In this document: one piece after another, positions 21,939 through 32,003 of the stretch
Numbering within the stretch: position 1 is the first letter of the stretch
How the letters are laid out: every line of letters starts with the position of its first letter
DNA from: an uncultured cyanobacterium
GTDB taxonomy: Bacteria; Cyanobacteriota; Cyanobacteriia; CAKZMO01
DNA length: 64,000 nt
Direction: 5' to 3'
Assembly: GCA_963719515.1 (NCBI GenBank)
Contig: CAVRCJ010000020.1
Location: 23,176-87,175 of the forward strand
Translations under genes and position numbers: made by a program
Notes under the pieces: model-generated
Told to the model about the DNA's origin: nothing
What the model saw: only the letters and a program-made list of their open reading frames with translations
Database searches by the model: none

Positions 21939-22234
21939 GAGTTCTGCCGAGAAGGGCGAGTGGGAGTTCGTCCTGAATGTCGTAATGATAGTGGGGACGG
22001 GAGCGATCGCTACTCGACCTGCAGCTAGAGATTCAAGCCCTAAAGTCTGCAGATTTGCATCAATAGACTTACGCAATTGAGCCAGGGCTTAAATTCCGTA
22101 CAATCCCCGCCTTGCTTGTGACGATACGGGAGCAAGACTTATGCGATTTTGGGCTGAGCTCACCTAGGTGCGGCGTCAGCCCGCGGCAAGGGCGCGAGCG
22201 GAGTGTCGGCGATCGCGCTTCTACTGGCTCAGCG

Positions 22235-22741
22235 CTATCGCATCTCGGCCTTGGTGACCGAACCATTGGCCGCGACAGTCAGCTCTAGCGGACGCCCGGT
22301 TTCTGTCGCTTTGACCACCTGCCGGTATACCGAGTAGTTCGTGGGCACCGTCTGCTGTCCGCCATCGTTCCAGTAGGTGATAGTGTAGTCGACTCGCTTG
22401 AGGATTTCGGGAGTACCGATGCGCTCGCGGCGCTGCTGCCGGGCCTCTAGCTCGTCTACGGTGGGGCGAGGCGGCAGGGCAGGCCACCAAAGCCCTTTAT
22501 CGTCGGGGCCGGTGACGGCAGCGCCAGGCATCTGGCCGTTGACGTTCTCTAGCGACGTGGCGGTCTCTTCAAACAGCTGAACCCTCGTATCTAGAGGGCG
22601 ATCGCTCTCGCCGACGTACTCCACCTTCCAAACGTATTCGGTCGTGGCGGTGGCCTCGTAATCATTGCTCAGCTGCGCGTCACAGCCTAGCACCGTTAGG
22701 GCGACGGCGGCGATTGCACCCTGCCATTTGAGTCTTTTCAT
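22235..22741 (-). CDS. Hypothetical lipoprotein
   Basis: MKRLKW...ALTVLGC lipobox; TGPDDKGLWWP motif. Confidence 0.65.
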   Translation of the reverse strand: MKRLKWQGAIAAVALTVLGCDAQLSNDYEATATTEYVWKVEYVGESDRPLDTRVQLFEETATSLENVNGQMPGAAVTGPDDKGLWWPALPPRPTVDELEARQQRRERIGTPEILKRVDYTITYWNDGGQQTVPTNYSVYRQVVKATETGRPLELTVAANGSVTKAEMR

Positions 22742-23057
22742 TGCGTTTGATTGCGTTTGTATGTTGCGTTGCCTTGAGACCATCTCTATGATTTCATCAC
22801 GTTTGCTCAACCGGCATGTGCTAAAAGTGTGACAGTTTGGCAGAGACAGTTTGGCAGGACGAGGTATACGGCTGTCCCCTCCACGCAGTACCAATCCAGT
22901 TTGAGTATGAGTAAGCATTAAGTATAGGTAGTCTAGGTGAATCTGCTCCAAGTTTTCGCCCCTGCGAAAACGCTAGAATCGTTCCATGCCGTACCATTAA
23001 AGACCGTTATTACGGCTTCAACAGCACCCGATAGTCTGCCTTCAAGAATTTTGACCG

Positions 23058-23720
23058 ATGCCAACGCCTTCAATCACCCCCACCTCAACCGCACCCACCG
23101 CTAGCCGGACTAGTCCCGTCACGGCGGTAGGGCTACTGCCAATTGTCGAAACCTTTCACTCTGTGCAAGGAGAGGGGGCCTGGGTCGGGGCAAGCGCCTT
23201 CTTCATTCGTCTAGCGGGCTGCGACGTAGGCTGCCCCTGGTGCGACACCAAGCAGTCCTGGCATCGCCGTCATCCGCATCACGCTGTCTCCGAGCTAGTT
23301 GCAGCGGTCCAAGCTGCACAGCCTAAAATTGTGGTCATTACCGGCGGCGAACCGCTGCTGCACGACCTAGACCCACTGACCCGAGCCCTGAAGCGCTGCG
23401 CCCAGCAGGTCCACCTGGAGACCTCTGGAGCCCATCCTCTCAGCGGCGAATTCGACTGGATCACCTTCTCGCCTAAGCGCTTCAAGCCTCCCCATCCCAG
23501 CATTTATCCCCATGCCAGTGAGCTGAAGGTGGTGATCTCTGAAATAGAGGACTTCGAGTGGGCCGAAGCTCAAGCGGCTCAGGTCTCCCCAGACACCGTA
23601 AAGCTGCTGCAGCCCGAGTGGAACAGTCCCGATAGTCAAGGGTGGGTGATGGGCTACGTCAAGCAGCACCCCGACTGGCGCGTCAGCCTGCAAACCCATA
23701 AATTTCTGGGAGTGCGCTAG
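23058..23720 (+). CDS. queE: 7-carboxy-7-deazaguanine synthase (radical SAM)
   Basis: [19 protein letters not shown] CxxxCxxC motif, [13 protein letters not shown]. Confidence 0.93.
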   Translation: MPTPSITPTSTAPTASRTSPVTAVGLLPIVETFHSVQGEGAWVGASAFFIRLAGCDVGCPWCDTKQSWHRRHPHHAVSELVAAVQAAQPKIVVITGGEPLLHDLDPLTRALKRCAQQVHLETSGAHPLSGEFDWITFSPKRFKPPHPSIYPHASELKVVISEIEDFEWAEAQAAQVSPDTVKLLQPEWNSPDSQGWVMGYVKQHPDWRVSLQTHKFLGVR

Positions 23721-23722
23721 CG

Positions 23723-24442
23723 ATGCCCCCCGAAACCCGCAGGGCAGCCGGGCAGCCGAGCGCTGTGGTCCTCCTCTCCGGTGGGCTAGACTCTGCTACC
23801 GCCGCCGCCCAAGCGATCGCCGACGGCTATACCCCCGTGGCCCTCTCCCTCCGCTACGGCCAGCGCCACCACCGCGAGCTGCAGGCCGCTCAGCGGGTGG
23901 CGGCGGCCCTGAACATTCAGGTTCACTACACTATCGACGTGAACCTAGGCCAGTGGGGCGGCTCCTCCCTCACCGATGTTACCCAGACCTTACCGCAAGA
24001 CGGCCTCAAAACCGACGCAATTCCCTCTACCTACGTCCCCGGACGCAACACCGTGTTTGTCGCGATCGCCCTTTCTTTGGCCGAAGCGGTGGGGGCAGAA
24101 GCCATCTATCTCGGCATCAACGCTGTCGACTACTCGGGCTATCCCGACTGCCGTCCTGAATACCTTGCGGCCTTTCAGCATTTGGCCACTCTCTCCTCCA
24201 AAGCGGGCCTAGAGGGCCGCGCCCCCAAGCTCGTGGCTCCCCTAGTCCTGGACACCAAAGTCGACATTGTGCGCCGCGCCCTAGTCCTAGGCGTCCCCAT
24301 TGCTGAAACCTGGTCCTGCTACGAAGGCGGCGACGAGCCCTGCGGCCTCTGCGACTCCTGCCGCATCCGCGATCGCGCCCTGATTGAGGCAGGGCACCCT
24401 GAACTGGCGACCGCCGCCGGACGTCAGGAGCGCCTATCGTAA
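23723..24442 (+). CDS. queC: 7-cyano-7-deazaguanine synthase
   Basis: SGGLDS, YVPGRN, YPDCR, TWSCY...CGLCDSC. Confidence 0.95.
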   Translation: MPPETRRAAGQPSAVVLLSGGLDSATAAAQAIADGYTPVALSLRYGQRHHRELQAAQRVAAALNIQVHYTIDVNLGQWGGSSLTDVTQTLPQDGLKTDAIPSTYVPGRNTVFVAIALSLAEAVGAEAIYLGINAVDYSGYPDCRPEYLAAFQHLATLSSKAGLEGRAPKLVAPLVLDTKVDIVRRALVLGVPIAETWSCYEGGDEPCGLCDSCRIRDRALIEAGHPELATAAGRQERLS

Positions 24443-24510
24443 GGCTCCCTGTCCCTCAGTAAGGGCAGATAGCCATTCGCCCCTAGCAGCCCCCCGACCG
24501 ACCGATCGCC

Positions 24511-25059
24511 CTAATCAAACTCCGGTGCCCAGATGCTCGACACCTCCATTTCCCAACCCGGTAGAAGTTCAGGCACCGTGAAGCGATCGCCATCGCGCAA
24601 AACAACGACCTCTCCCCGGCTGCGATGCACTTCGATGGTTTGGGTGCGGTAGTCCACCAAAGCGCCAACGATGGTGCCCAGGTTGATAAATTGCTGAATT
24701 TTGTCCCGCAGGGCATCGAGATCATCGGTTTTAGAGCGCACCTCAAACATCAGGTCGGGCACCAGGTTGGCGAAATCTTCGGTAGTGCGCCGCATCCGCT
24801 CTGCTTTCACAAAGGAGGCGTCGGGCGCTCGGGTGTCTGTGGTGGCGTTGGGAAGCTTGAACCCTGCGCTAGACGCCGTAACCCGCCCTAGCTTGCGAGG
24901 TCGTACCCAAGCCCAAAGCTGAGCGACGATGGCTGCGGCGATTTCGTCTGATTCAAATCCAGACGGACTCATGACAATGATGGCTCCACCCACTAGTTCT
25001 AAACGATGATTGGGGTGCTGATGCTGGAACTGTTTGAGGTCGTCAACAGTGAGAGTCAC
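24511..25059 (-). CDS. Uma2-family (DUF820) endonuclease-fold protein
   Basis: ELVGGAIIVMSP, RAPDASF, PDLMFEVRS, ELLPGW. Confidence 0.9.
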   Translation of the reverse strand: MTLTVDDLKQFQHQHPNHRLELVGGAIIVMSPSGFESDEIAAAIVAQLWAWVRPRKLGRVTASSAGFKLPNATTDTRAPDASFVKAERMRRTTEDFANLVPDLMFEVRSKTDDLDALRDKIQQFINLGTIVGALVDYRTQTIEVHRSRGEVVVLRDGDRFTVPELLPGWEMEVSSIWAPEFD

Positions 25060-25383
25060 AGTGCCCTCCGGAGCAGGTTTGCAAGCGTCAAGGGATGGAG
25101 CGATTGTGCTAGACCCACGCTCTGCGAGCGTAGCAAATCACAAACAGCGAATAATTTCTAGGATAGGCGATCGCTGTCTGTGAAAAATTTCCGTGCGACT
25201 GAAGCTCTGCGTCGATGCACCACCCAAGTCGGTGCGTCACCCTCGGGTGACAGCACCCTACGGCGTTTCGGTTTTGCAAAGCTGCGCTAAAACAAAGGCA
25301 AACTAAACGCTTTAACTCCGACGCCAAAATCTGAACGCACCTAACCCCACAAACTCTCACAGGTAACGCCTTTTGGAGGAGTC

Positions 25384-25434
25384 CTAGAGGACGGTTGCGT
25401 CCTCTAGCGGGGGTTTGGGGGCAAGTGCCCCCCA
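25384..25434. repeat. Double-hairpin intergenic element at the malic enzyme stop
   Basis: CTAGAGGACG-gttg-CGTCCTCTAG followed by TGGGGGCAAGTGCCCCCCA. Confidence 0.6.
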
Positions 25435-25439
25435 GAACC

Positions 25440-26828
25440 TCACCGCGCTACCCCATCCCGCACCGCCGCCCGCTGCACCGCTTCCGCCACCGTCATCGCC
25501 ACCCGCAGGTCAAACACCGACGGCACGATATGCTCAGGGCCGAGATCGTCAGCAGACACCAAAGAAGCGATCGCCTCTGCCGCCTCCAGATACATCGTGG
25601 TGGTCATCGCCTTGGCGCGGCAGTCCATTGCCCCACGAAACACCCCCGGAAAGGCCAGCACGTTGTTGATCTGGTTGGGGTAGTCGCTGCGCCCGGTGGC
25701 CATCACCGCCACCTTATCCATCACCAGCTCCGGCTGAATCTCGGGGATGGGGTTGGCCATAGCAAACACAATGGGATCTGCCGCCATCGAATCCACCATC
25801 TCCGGCGTCACCACCCCCGGCGCGCTCACCCCTAAAAACACGTCTGCTCCAGCCATGGCGTCCGCCAGCGAGCCGCTCTGCTCCACCGCCAGAGCCTGTT
25901 TCTGGGCCGTCAAATTCTCTCGACTGCGGCTGACAATCCCCTTAGAGTCGCACAGCACAATGTGTTGGCTACCGGCCTTCTGCAGCAGCTTGGCGATCGC
26001 GATTCCTGCCGCCCCAGCTCCGTTGATGACGATGCGAATCTGGCCTAGGGATTTGTTCACCAGCTTCAGAGCGTTGATCAAGGCCGCCAAGGTCACGATG
26101 GCCGTACCGTTCTGATCGTCGTGAAAAACCGGAATATCTAGCTCCTGCTGCAGCCGCGACTCCACCTCAAAGCAGCGGGGAGCGGAAATATCCTCTAGGT
26201 TGACGCCGCCGAACACCGGGGATAAGTTCTTGACCGCCTCCACGATGGCGTCGGTATCCTGGCACCGCAGGCAAATAGGAAAGGCGTCTAGTCCCGCGAA
26301 CGCCTTGAACAGCATTGCCTTGCCCTCCATCACCGGCAGCGCCGCCTCTGGCCCCAAATTGCCTAGCCCCAAAATGGCGCTGCCGTCGGTGACGATCGCC
26401 ACCGTGTTGCGCTTGATCGTCAGCTCGTACACCCGCTCGGGGTCTTGGGCTATTGCCCTGCAGATGCGCCCCACGCCGGGGGTGTAGGCCATGGCCAAAT
26501 CCCCCTGATTGGTAAAAGCAATCTTGCCCTCTACCGAGATTTTGCCCCCCTGGTGTAGGTTAAAGGTGCGATCGTAGGCGTCCAGTATGGTGATGTCGGG
26601 GAGAGCCTTTAGGGCAGAAACAATGGCGTCGGCATGCTCTGTGCTAGAGGCGTCAACAACCATTTCCCGCACCACCTGCTGACGGCTTTGCTCAACTAGA
26701 TCAATGGTGCCAATACTGCCTCCCGCCTCGGCGATCGCCTGGGTAGCGCGGGCCAGCATACCCACTTGGTTGGGCATGGTGAGGCGAATCGTAAGGCTAA
26801 AACTGGGATTCGGGGTCAGACTGACCAT
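25440..26828 (-). CDS. Malic enzyme with N-terminal ACT domain
   Basis: YTPGVGR, GLGNLGP..ALPVMEGK, NLEDISAP, FHDDQNGTA, GAGAAG, NQINNVLAFPG. Confidence 0.93.
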   Translation of the reverse strand: MVSLTPNPSFSLTIRLTMPNQVGMLARATQAIAEAGGSIGTIDLVEQSRQQVVREMVVDASSTEHADAIVSALKALPDITILDAYDRTFNLHQGGKISVEGKIAFTNQGDLAMAYTPGVGRICRAIAQDPERVYELTIKRNTVAIVTDGSAILGLGNLGPEAALPVMEGKAMLFKAFAGLDAFPICLRCQDTDAIVEAVKNLSPVFGGVNLEDISAPRCFEVESRLQQELDIPVFHDDQNGTAIVTLAALINALKLVNKSLGQIRIVINGAGAAGIAIAKLLQKAGSQHIVLCDSKGIVSRSRENLTAQKQALAVEQSGSLADAMAGADVFLGVSAPGVVTPEMVDSMAADPIVFAMANPIPEIQPELVMDKVAVMATGRSDYPNQINNVLAFPGVFRGAMDCRAKAMTTTMYLEAAEAIASLVSADDLGPEHIVPSVFDLRVAMTVAEAVQRAAVRDGVAR

Positions 26829-26964
26829 AGGTGATATTGATCGCTAAGATGATGAGCAGCAATGCTGTCCTTCACCCTAGCCCAGCGCTAGCGAAACCTC
26901 AAGATCCTGGCATCAAGATCTAGACAGCCCTCGCTGACTCGACATCACCTCAGCCCAATCGATA

Positions 26965-27393
26965 ATGCCTCGTCTCCACGTCTCCACAGACATCCGCGCC
27001 GCCCGCCCGCAGGTGTGGGATGCCTTACTCGATAAGCGGCTGTGGCGTCATTGGAACACCTTTCTCTACGATCAAACGCCGAACGTCCCGCTTTCGCTAA
27101 ACGCATCGGTTAAGCTAGCAATGCGGCGAGTTTCCAAAGAAACCAAAACCCAGTTCAGCGTGCGAGTGGTCTATCTAAGGCCTGAGGCCTGTCTGCGCTG
27201 GGTAGCGATCGCGCCGGGCTATCGCAGCGAGCACCAGTTCGAGCTAGAAGAAGGCGACGGCTACACGCGATACCACCATCAAGAGATGATTACTGGCCCT
27301 ATGTCTCGATTAATTTTGCCGTTCATCCGTCAAGATGAGCTGCGCGGTCTACGGCGCATGGCCCTAGAACTTAAGCGATACGTAGAGGTCTAA
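26965..27393 (+). CDS. SRPBCC-family protein
   Basis: I.A...VWDALLD...W..WN pattern; C-terminal helix M..ELK..VE. Confidence 0.75.
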   Translation: MPRLHVSTDIRAARPQVWDALLDKRLWRHWNTFLYDQTPNVPLSLNASVKLAMRRVSKETKTQFSVRVVYLRPEACLRWVAIAPGYRSEHQFELEEGDGYTRYHHQEMITGPMSRLILPFIRQDELRGLRRMALELKRYVEV

Positions 27394-27398
27394 CAGCC

Positions 27399-28466
27399 TT
27401 GAAGCACAACAGTGCAGAGGACCGATACCGGCGGCTGCGTCAGGAGATTTTCCTGGCCCTAGCCGTGCTGACGGGGATCACCACCATCGGCACCCTGGGC
27501 TACCACCTGATCGAGGGCTGGAGCTGGGTGGACTCGGCCTACATGACGATCATCACGATGTCCACCGTCGGGTTTACAGAGGTGCAGCCCCTCAGCCCCA
27601 CCGGGCGATTGTTTACCATCACCCTCATTCTGCTAGGCGTTGTTAGCATTGGTTATATCGTCAACCACTTTACCGAAGCCGTCCTTCAGGGATCCTTTCA
27701 AGAAGGCATCCGGCTTCGTCAGCAGAGGCGTCTTGTGAGCAAGCTGAATCGACATTACATCATCTGCGGCTTTGGCCGCACGGGGCGAAATATTGCGCTG
27801 GAATTCGCGGCAGAGGGCATCGAGTTTATCGTCATCGATTTCTCACCGGAGGTGATTGCTCGGGCGCAGCAGCTCGACTACGTTGTTATTACGGGAGACG
27901 TAACGCTAGACGAGGTGCTGATGCGCGCGGGGATTGAGCGGGCGGCCTGCATCGTCGCGGCGCTGCCCTCTGACGCAGAGAATTTGTATACGGTGCTGTC
28001 GGCCAAAAGCCTCAACCCCGAGATTCGCACGATTGCCCGGGCCAATACGGAAGAAGCGGTGCAAAAACTGCAGCGGGGCGGGGCAGATGCGGTAGTTTCT
28101 CCCCATGTGACGGGGGGGCGGCGCATGGCGGCAGCGGCCCTCCGTCCGCAGGTGATGGACTTTGTGGACGGCATCCTCACGGGCACCGATCGTTCCTTCT
28201 ACATGGAGGAGTTTTTGCTAGACGCCACCAGCTCTCCCTGCGTGGGCCAAAGCCTGCGGCAGGCAAAGCTGCGATCGCGGTCGGGGGCGCTGGTGCTGGC
28301 CATCCGGCGAGCGGACGGTAACCTGATTGCGGGGCCGATGGCGGAAGCGATGCTGGAGGCAGGGGACACGCTGATCTGTATGGGGACAGCGGAGCAGCTG
28401 CGATCGCTCAACCAAATCCTCAGTCCGCTGAAGGTTCGCACGACGCTGCGCCTGCCCAAGCACTAA
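27399..28466 (+). CDS. Potassium channel protein with RCK (TrkA-N/TrkA-C) domains
   Basis: TMSTVGF pore motif, ICGFGRTG, C-terminal TrkA-C domain. Confidence 0.9.
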   Translation: MKHNSAEDRYRRLRQEIFLALAVLTGITTIGTLGYHLIEGWSWVDSAYMTIITMSTVGFTEVQPLSPTGRLFTITLILLGVVSIGYIVNHFTEAVLQGSFQEGIRLRQQRRLVSKLNRHYIICGFGRTGRNIALEFAAEGIEFIVIDFSPEVIARAQQLDYVVITGDVTLDEVLMRAGIERAACIVAALPSDAENLYTVLSAKSLNPEIRTIARANTEEAVQKLQRGGADAVVSPHVTGGRRMAAAALRPQVMDFVDGILTGTDRSFYMEEFLLDATSSPCVGQSLRQAKLRSRSGALVLAIRRADGNLIAGPMAEAMLEAGDTLICMGTAEQLRSLNQILSPLKVRTTLRLPKH

Positions 28467-28828
28467 TCCCGCGGGTCTGGAAATAGGCCGCGGGTAATCA
28501 CAATCACCACGCCAAACACCTCCGCCACCGTAGCCCCGATATAAATTTCAACAATCCATCGATTGCGGTATTCCAGCTTTCCCAACCCCAGCAGAACAAA
28601 TACAGCATTCATCACCAGCAGCTGCGACACCAAAATCCACATAAACCAGGTCGCATAGCGCTGACGCAGCTGTCGATCAGATCGGCGATCCTCCACGATT
28701 TCCGTAGTCAGCGGATCAGCAGGCTTGGTTTTGGGCGAGGTCTCAACCTGAGCTTTAATCAAACTTACGGCCTGCTCGGCATTGGTCAGCTCCCCAGCTG
28801 ACTCAAAATTCACGTTGTCAAATGTCAT
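28463..28828 (-). CDS. Hypothetical two-TM membrane protein coupled to the ImmA/IrrE gene
   Basis: Charged N-terminus, DR..R..YA, two hydrophobic helices ending RGLFP; ATG overlaps the upstream TGA. Confidence 0.75.
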   Translation of the reverse strand: MTFDNVNFESAGELTNAEQAVSLIKAQVETSPKTKPADPLTTEIVEDRRSDRQLRQRYATWFMWILVSQLLVMNAVFVLLGLGKLEYRNRWIVEIYIGATVAEVFGVVIVITRGLFPDPRD

Positions 28829-29367
28829 CAGACTCTACGGGCGAAGGCATCAGGCGAGATGCCAAGGACGTTTAGGCGATACGTTAACACAGCTTCAGAC
28901 ACCCCAAAGTGGACCATCGCCGACACCAGCGACTCCCCTCGCCGCTGCAGATGGGCAATTTCAGGGGCCGGCATGAGCAGATTGGCCGCGAATTCGTCGG
29001 CGAACAGATTTTCTGGATCTTGGGCTGAGGCAGGTCTGTCTCGCAAATTCACGTAGTTATATTCCCCGCCCGTCGTCCCCTCGGACACGCGCTTAGAGTA
29101 GTGGCCCAGCTCGTGGGCACAGGTAAACCGCTTACGCTGGTTGCTGTCTTGGTAATGAATCACGATCGTCGGGTCTTTGCCCGCTTCCTTCAGCAGAGCC
29201 CCTACAACCGGGTCAGGCAGATCTGTTTCCAGCACATGGAGGCCTAGCCTCTTGGCAATGGTGACGGGATCTACCGGAAACCCAGCATTGTGCCACACCT
29301 CATCTAGCATCTGCTCTGCCATCATTTTGGCTTGACGGTTAATTGCGGGAATAGCAGGCTGCACCAT
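28828..29367 (-). CDS. ImmA/IrrE-family (DUF955, peptidase M78) zinc metallopeptidase, no HTH
   Basis: PVDP..IA..LG, RKRFTCAHELGH (HExxH), E..ADEFAANLLMP, HFGVS. Confidence 0.9.
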   Translation of the reverse strand: MVQPAIPAINRQAKMMAEQMLDEVWHNAGFPVDPVTIAKRLGLHVLETDLPDPVVGALLKEAGKDPTIVIHYQDSNQRKRFTCAHELGHYSKRVSEGTTGGEYNYVNLRDRPASAQDPENLFADEFAANLLMPAPEIAHLQRRGESLVSAMVHFGVSEAVLTYRLNVLGISPDAFARRV

Positions 29368-29502
29368 AGAATTTTCCTCCCGACGCTTCGCACGCTTATC
29401 TCGCAGGTGATGTAGGCGGCGATGAGAGCTTAGCTTTCGCTAACGCGATCGCCATAGGCGACATGCCCCTCATCATACCGGACGACCTGGCTTAAACAGC
29501 GC

Positions 29503-29530
29503 AAAAAAATCCCCGGCTAAGGCCAGGGAT
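29503..29530 (-). terminator. Rho-independent terminator after the DUF4912 gene
   Basis: Minus strand ATCCCTGGCC-tta-GCCGGGGAT followed by a T7 run. Confidence 0.6.
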
Positions 29531-29611
29531 AGGAGGTTAGGCATAATTAAAGCATTCACAACAGATGGAGAGTGGGCGGGATAAAACGCGAATTTTATTC
29601 CGCCGCGCTCC

Positions 29612-30892
29612 CTACCTCAAAAGCCACTCTTGGACCGCTTCTTCCTTGGTATTGGTGCGGCGCTCGGGCGTTTCACGGTTGAACTTCATGTGGACAGAGC
29701 GGTTTTGCTCTCCGTCAGCGGCGACCGCCATGATGGGGTAGTCAATCTGACCATCCTGGAAAGACATCTGGAAGCGGAAAGTGCCGTCGGGGTTGAGCTT
29801 GATGGGCTGCCCGCCGATAGTCACCGTTGCGTCAGGCTCGGTCGCACCGTAGACGATCAGCTCAGCGTCGGCCACCAGCCAAAACTGGCGGGGACGGATG
29901 GGCGGCATTGATGCCGCGAGGCCCGCGCCGGACATAGTCAGACCCACGCCGGACATATTTCCAGACATGTTCAGGCCCGCGCCAGACGCTGACCACAACC
30001 CCATGCCCGATGGGAAGACAAACGAGCTCACGGTCTGTTCAGGCACCTGGTGCATTGAGCCGAATAGAGAACCGGCGACGCGCTGCGCTTCAGCGGACTT
30101 AGCCATACCAAAGACCGTACCGTAAAGCTCGTTGCTCCCCGCTGCCGCTGGGGCTGCGCCGGACATGCGCTGGCTGGGGGAAACCAAATTCGCGTAGGTC
30201 TTACCGCGGATGTCATCTTCCCAATCAACGGTCAGGAACTGATCTTCGACCCAGTCAGACGGGTAGACAGGGGGAATGCGAACCGGGGCAGACCGGGTCA
30301 GCATCAGCCAGCGGCCATCCATGGTGAGGTAGCCAATTTCGACAGCGTAGTCGCGATCGCTGATGGGAACGGGCAGGTACCACTCCCGCGCTAGCTCATC
30401 GCACTCATACTGCTGCATGCTGTGGGAGCGCTGGTAATTGAGGTCGAGATTGGTGACGTCGTAGAAGCGCAGGGCTAGGCGAACGCCACCTTGCCGGCGG
30501 AGATCTTCTTTGTGGTCGTTGGGGACGTCCCAGTAAACGTAGGCCCACTGGGGGTCGCGGGGCAGCAGGACAACGCGGCTCTCACCGTAGCCCTCGGGTA
30601 GGTCGGGTAGAGACTCATCGACATCTGCCAGCATGACCATCGGATCGGCGACCTGCCCCACGTCAAACTTAGCGGCCTCGACGGTCTCTTGAGCCGTGTG
30701 TTCGAGCTGGGTCGTCGGTAAGGGGGCTGAGGGGCTGGTTGTGGGAGCAGTGCGCGCTTGCTGGGCCTCTCGAATTGCGACGATTAATTGGTCCTTGCGC
30801 ATGCGGCTGTAGCGAGACACGCTGTACTCACTGGCCACTAGGCGCAGCTGGCGCAAAGTCAATTCGTCGAGTGGGACATGGGCCTGAGTCAT
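29612..30892 (-). CDS. DUF4912 domain protein with N-terminal Rho-N-like domain
   Basis: LRQLR..A....VSRYSRMRKDQL; LLPRDPQWAYVYWD; FWLVADAELIVYGATEPDA. Confidence 0.88.
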   Translation of the reverse strand: MTQAHVPLDELTLRQLRLVASEYSVSRYSRMRKDQLIVAIREAQQARTAPTTSPSAPLPTTQLEHTAQETVEAAKFDVGQVADPMVMLADVDESLPDLPEGYGESRVVLLPRDPQWAYVYWDVPNDHKEDLRRQGGVRLALRFYDVTNLDLNYQRSHSMQQYECDELAREWYLPVPISDRDYAVEIGYLTMDGRWLMLTRSAPVRIPPVYPSDWVEDQFLTVDWEDDIRGKTYANLVSPSQRMSGAAPAAAGSNELYGTVFGMAKSAEAQRVAGSLFGSMHQVPEQTVSSFVFPSGMGLWSASGAGLNMSGNMSGVGLTMSGAGLAASMPPIRPRQFWLVADAELIVYGATEPDATVTIGGQPIKLNPDGTFRFQMSFQDGQIDYPIMAVAADGEQNRSVHMKFNRETPERRTNTKEEAVQEWLLR

Positions 30893-30920
30893 ATAGATAC
30901 CTCCTAAAACTGCGAATTTA

Positions 30921-30948
30921 ATAGTTGCGACTTTATAGTTGCGACTTT
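30921..30948. repeat. 14-bp tandem direct repeat ATAGTTGCGACTTT x2
   Basis: Seen directly, about 30 bp upstream of the DUF4912 start. Confidence 0.85.
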
Positions 30949-31310
30949 AATAACGTCTTGACTTGACTATCTCTCAACCTTCTCAGTGTCTTCGAGAAGC
31001 ACGTCAAAACCGGATGAACCAAATAAGCAATTATGCTCACTGGGATCGCGTCCTTGGCTCTTATATTGCAAAAGATGACGGCAAAAATCAAGTAGCGATC
31101 CCCTTGATTTACCGCGATCCCACGAATTAATGAGCAAAGCGGGGATCGTATTGTCATGATTTGTTGATATTTAGGGATCTCCGGGATCGCTTTTGGGGAT
31201 CGCTCTATCTTGGTTTCCTGACCGCTACAGCCTTTGATCAAGAAGAAATCGATTGAGAGGCTGAAAGGCTGCATGGCGGGCGATACTGGCGGTAGTATCA
31301 CGCCATCCCA

Positions 31311-32003
31311 ATGCGTCAGCCTCAAATTGTCCGTTCACTGCTTACCTCAGCCCTCCAGCTGTGGCTACGATCGCTCGTTACCCAGGCAAAGACCCTCAAT
31401 ATCGACATTCACGCTAACGATCGCCAGCTGCTGAAAGGACATATTCCCCAAGTCTTTGTAGAGGCGGAGGAGACCGTCTATAGAGGGCTTCACCTCTCAC
31501 AGCTGACGCTGAACGCCACCCATATTCGCGTCAATCTAGGACAGATTTTGCGCGGTAAGCCGGTTCAGCTGCTGAACCCTATTGTCGTGGGGGTTCAAGC
31601 CTGGATCAGCGCGGCCCATCTCAATCACTCCTTGGACTCCGATCTCTTATCCTCAGCGACAAACACATTGGCCGAGCTGCTGCTGCCTCAAACGCCACTG
31701 CAGATAGCGCACCTCGATCTCAAGCCTGAGCAGCTGATTTTATGGGGTACTCCCATCGCGCCACGGGAAAGAGGGCCAGAAGGCGCGGCCCCATCCATCG
31801 CACTTTCAACCCAGGTCACAGGTCAAGCCTCAACCCTCTGCTTCAGCGCCGTTCAGCTCCTGGCCCATCCAGCCTACGCCAGCCAAAACCTGCCCCACGC
31901 GCTTCCTGACCGGTTACTCCCCTTAGGAGACGTCGTCCTAGAAAGGCTCGCTATCACAGCGGACGCGATCGCCCTAAAGGGTGAAATTAAGGTTCTGCCA
32001 TAG
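31311..32003 (+). CDS. DUF2993/LmeA-family protein
   Basis: ALQLWLRS, LLKGHIP.V...AE..VYRGLHLS, VNLGQILRGKP. Confidence 0.75.
   Translation: MRQPQIVRSLLTSALQLWLRSLVTQAKTLNIDIHANDRQLLKGHIPQVFVEAEETVYRGLHLSQLTLNATHIRVNLGQILRGKPVQLLNPIVVGVQAWISAAHLNHSLDSDLLSSATNTLAELLLPQTPLQIAHLDLKPEQLILWGTPIAPRERGPEGAAPSIALSTQVTGQASTLCFSAVQLLAHPAYASQNLPHALPDRLLPLGDVVLERLAITADAIALKGEIKVLP

Noticed and set aside
23058..24442. queE-queC as a 7-deazaguanine DNA-modification (dpd) system, or preceded by a preQ1 riboswitch
   Set aside because: No dpdA/tgt-like gene nearby and no recognisable preQ1 aptamer; ordinary queuosine synthesis is sufficient
29920..29990. Repeated CCGGACAT / MSG units in the DUF4912 gene
   Set aside because: A low-complexity SG-rich linker typical of this protein family
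30933..31325. 130-aa minus-strand ORF
   Set aside because: Atypical composition; overlaps the divergent promoter region and motif cluster; probably spurious
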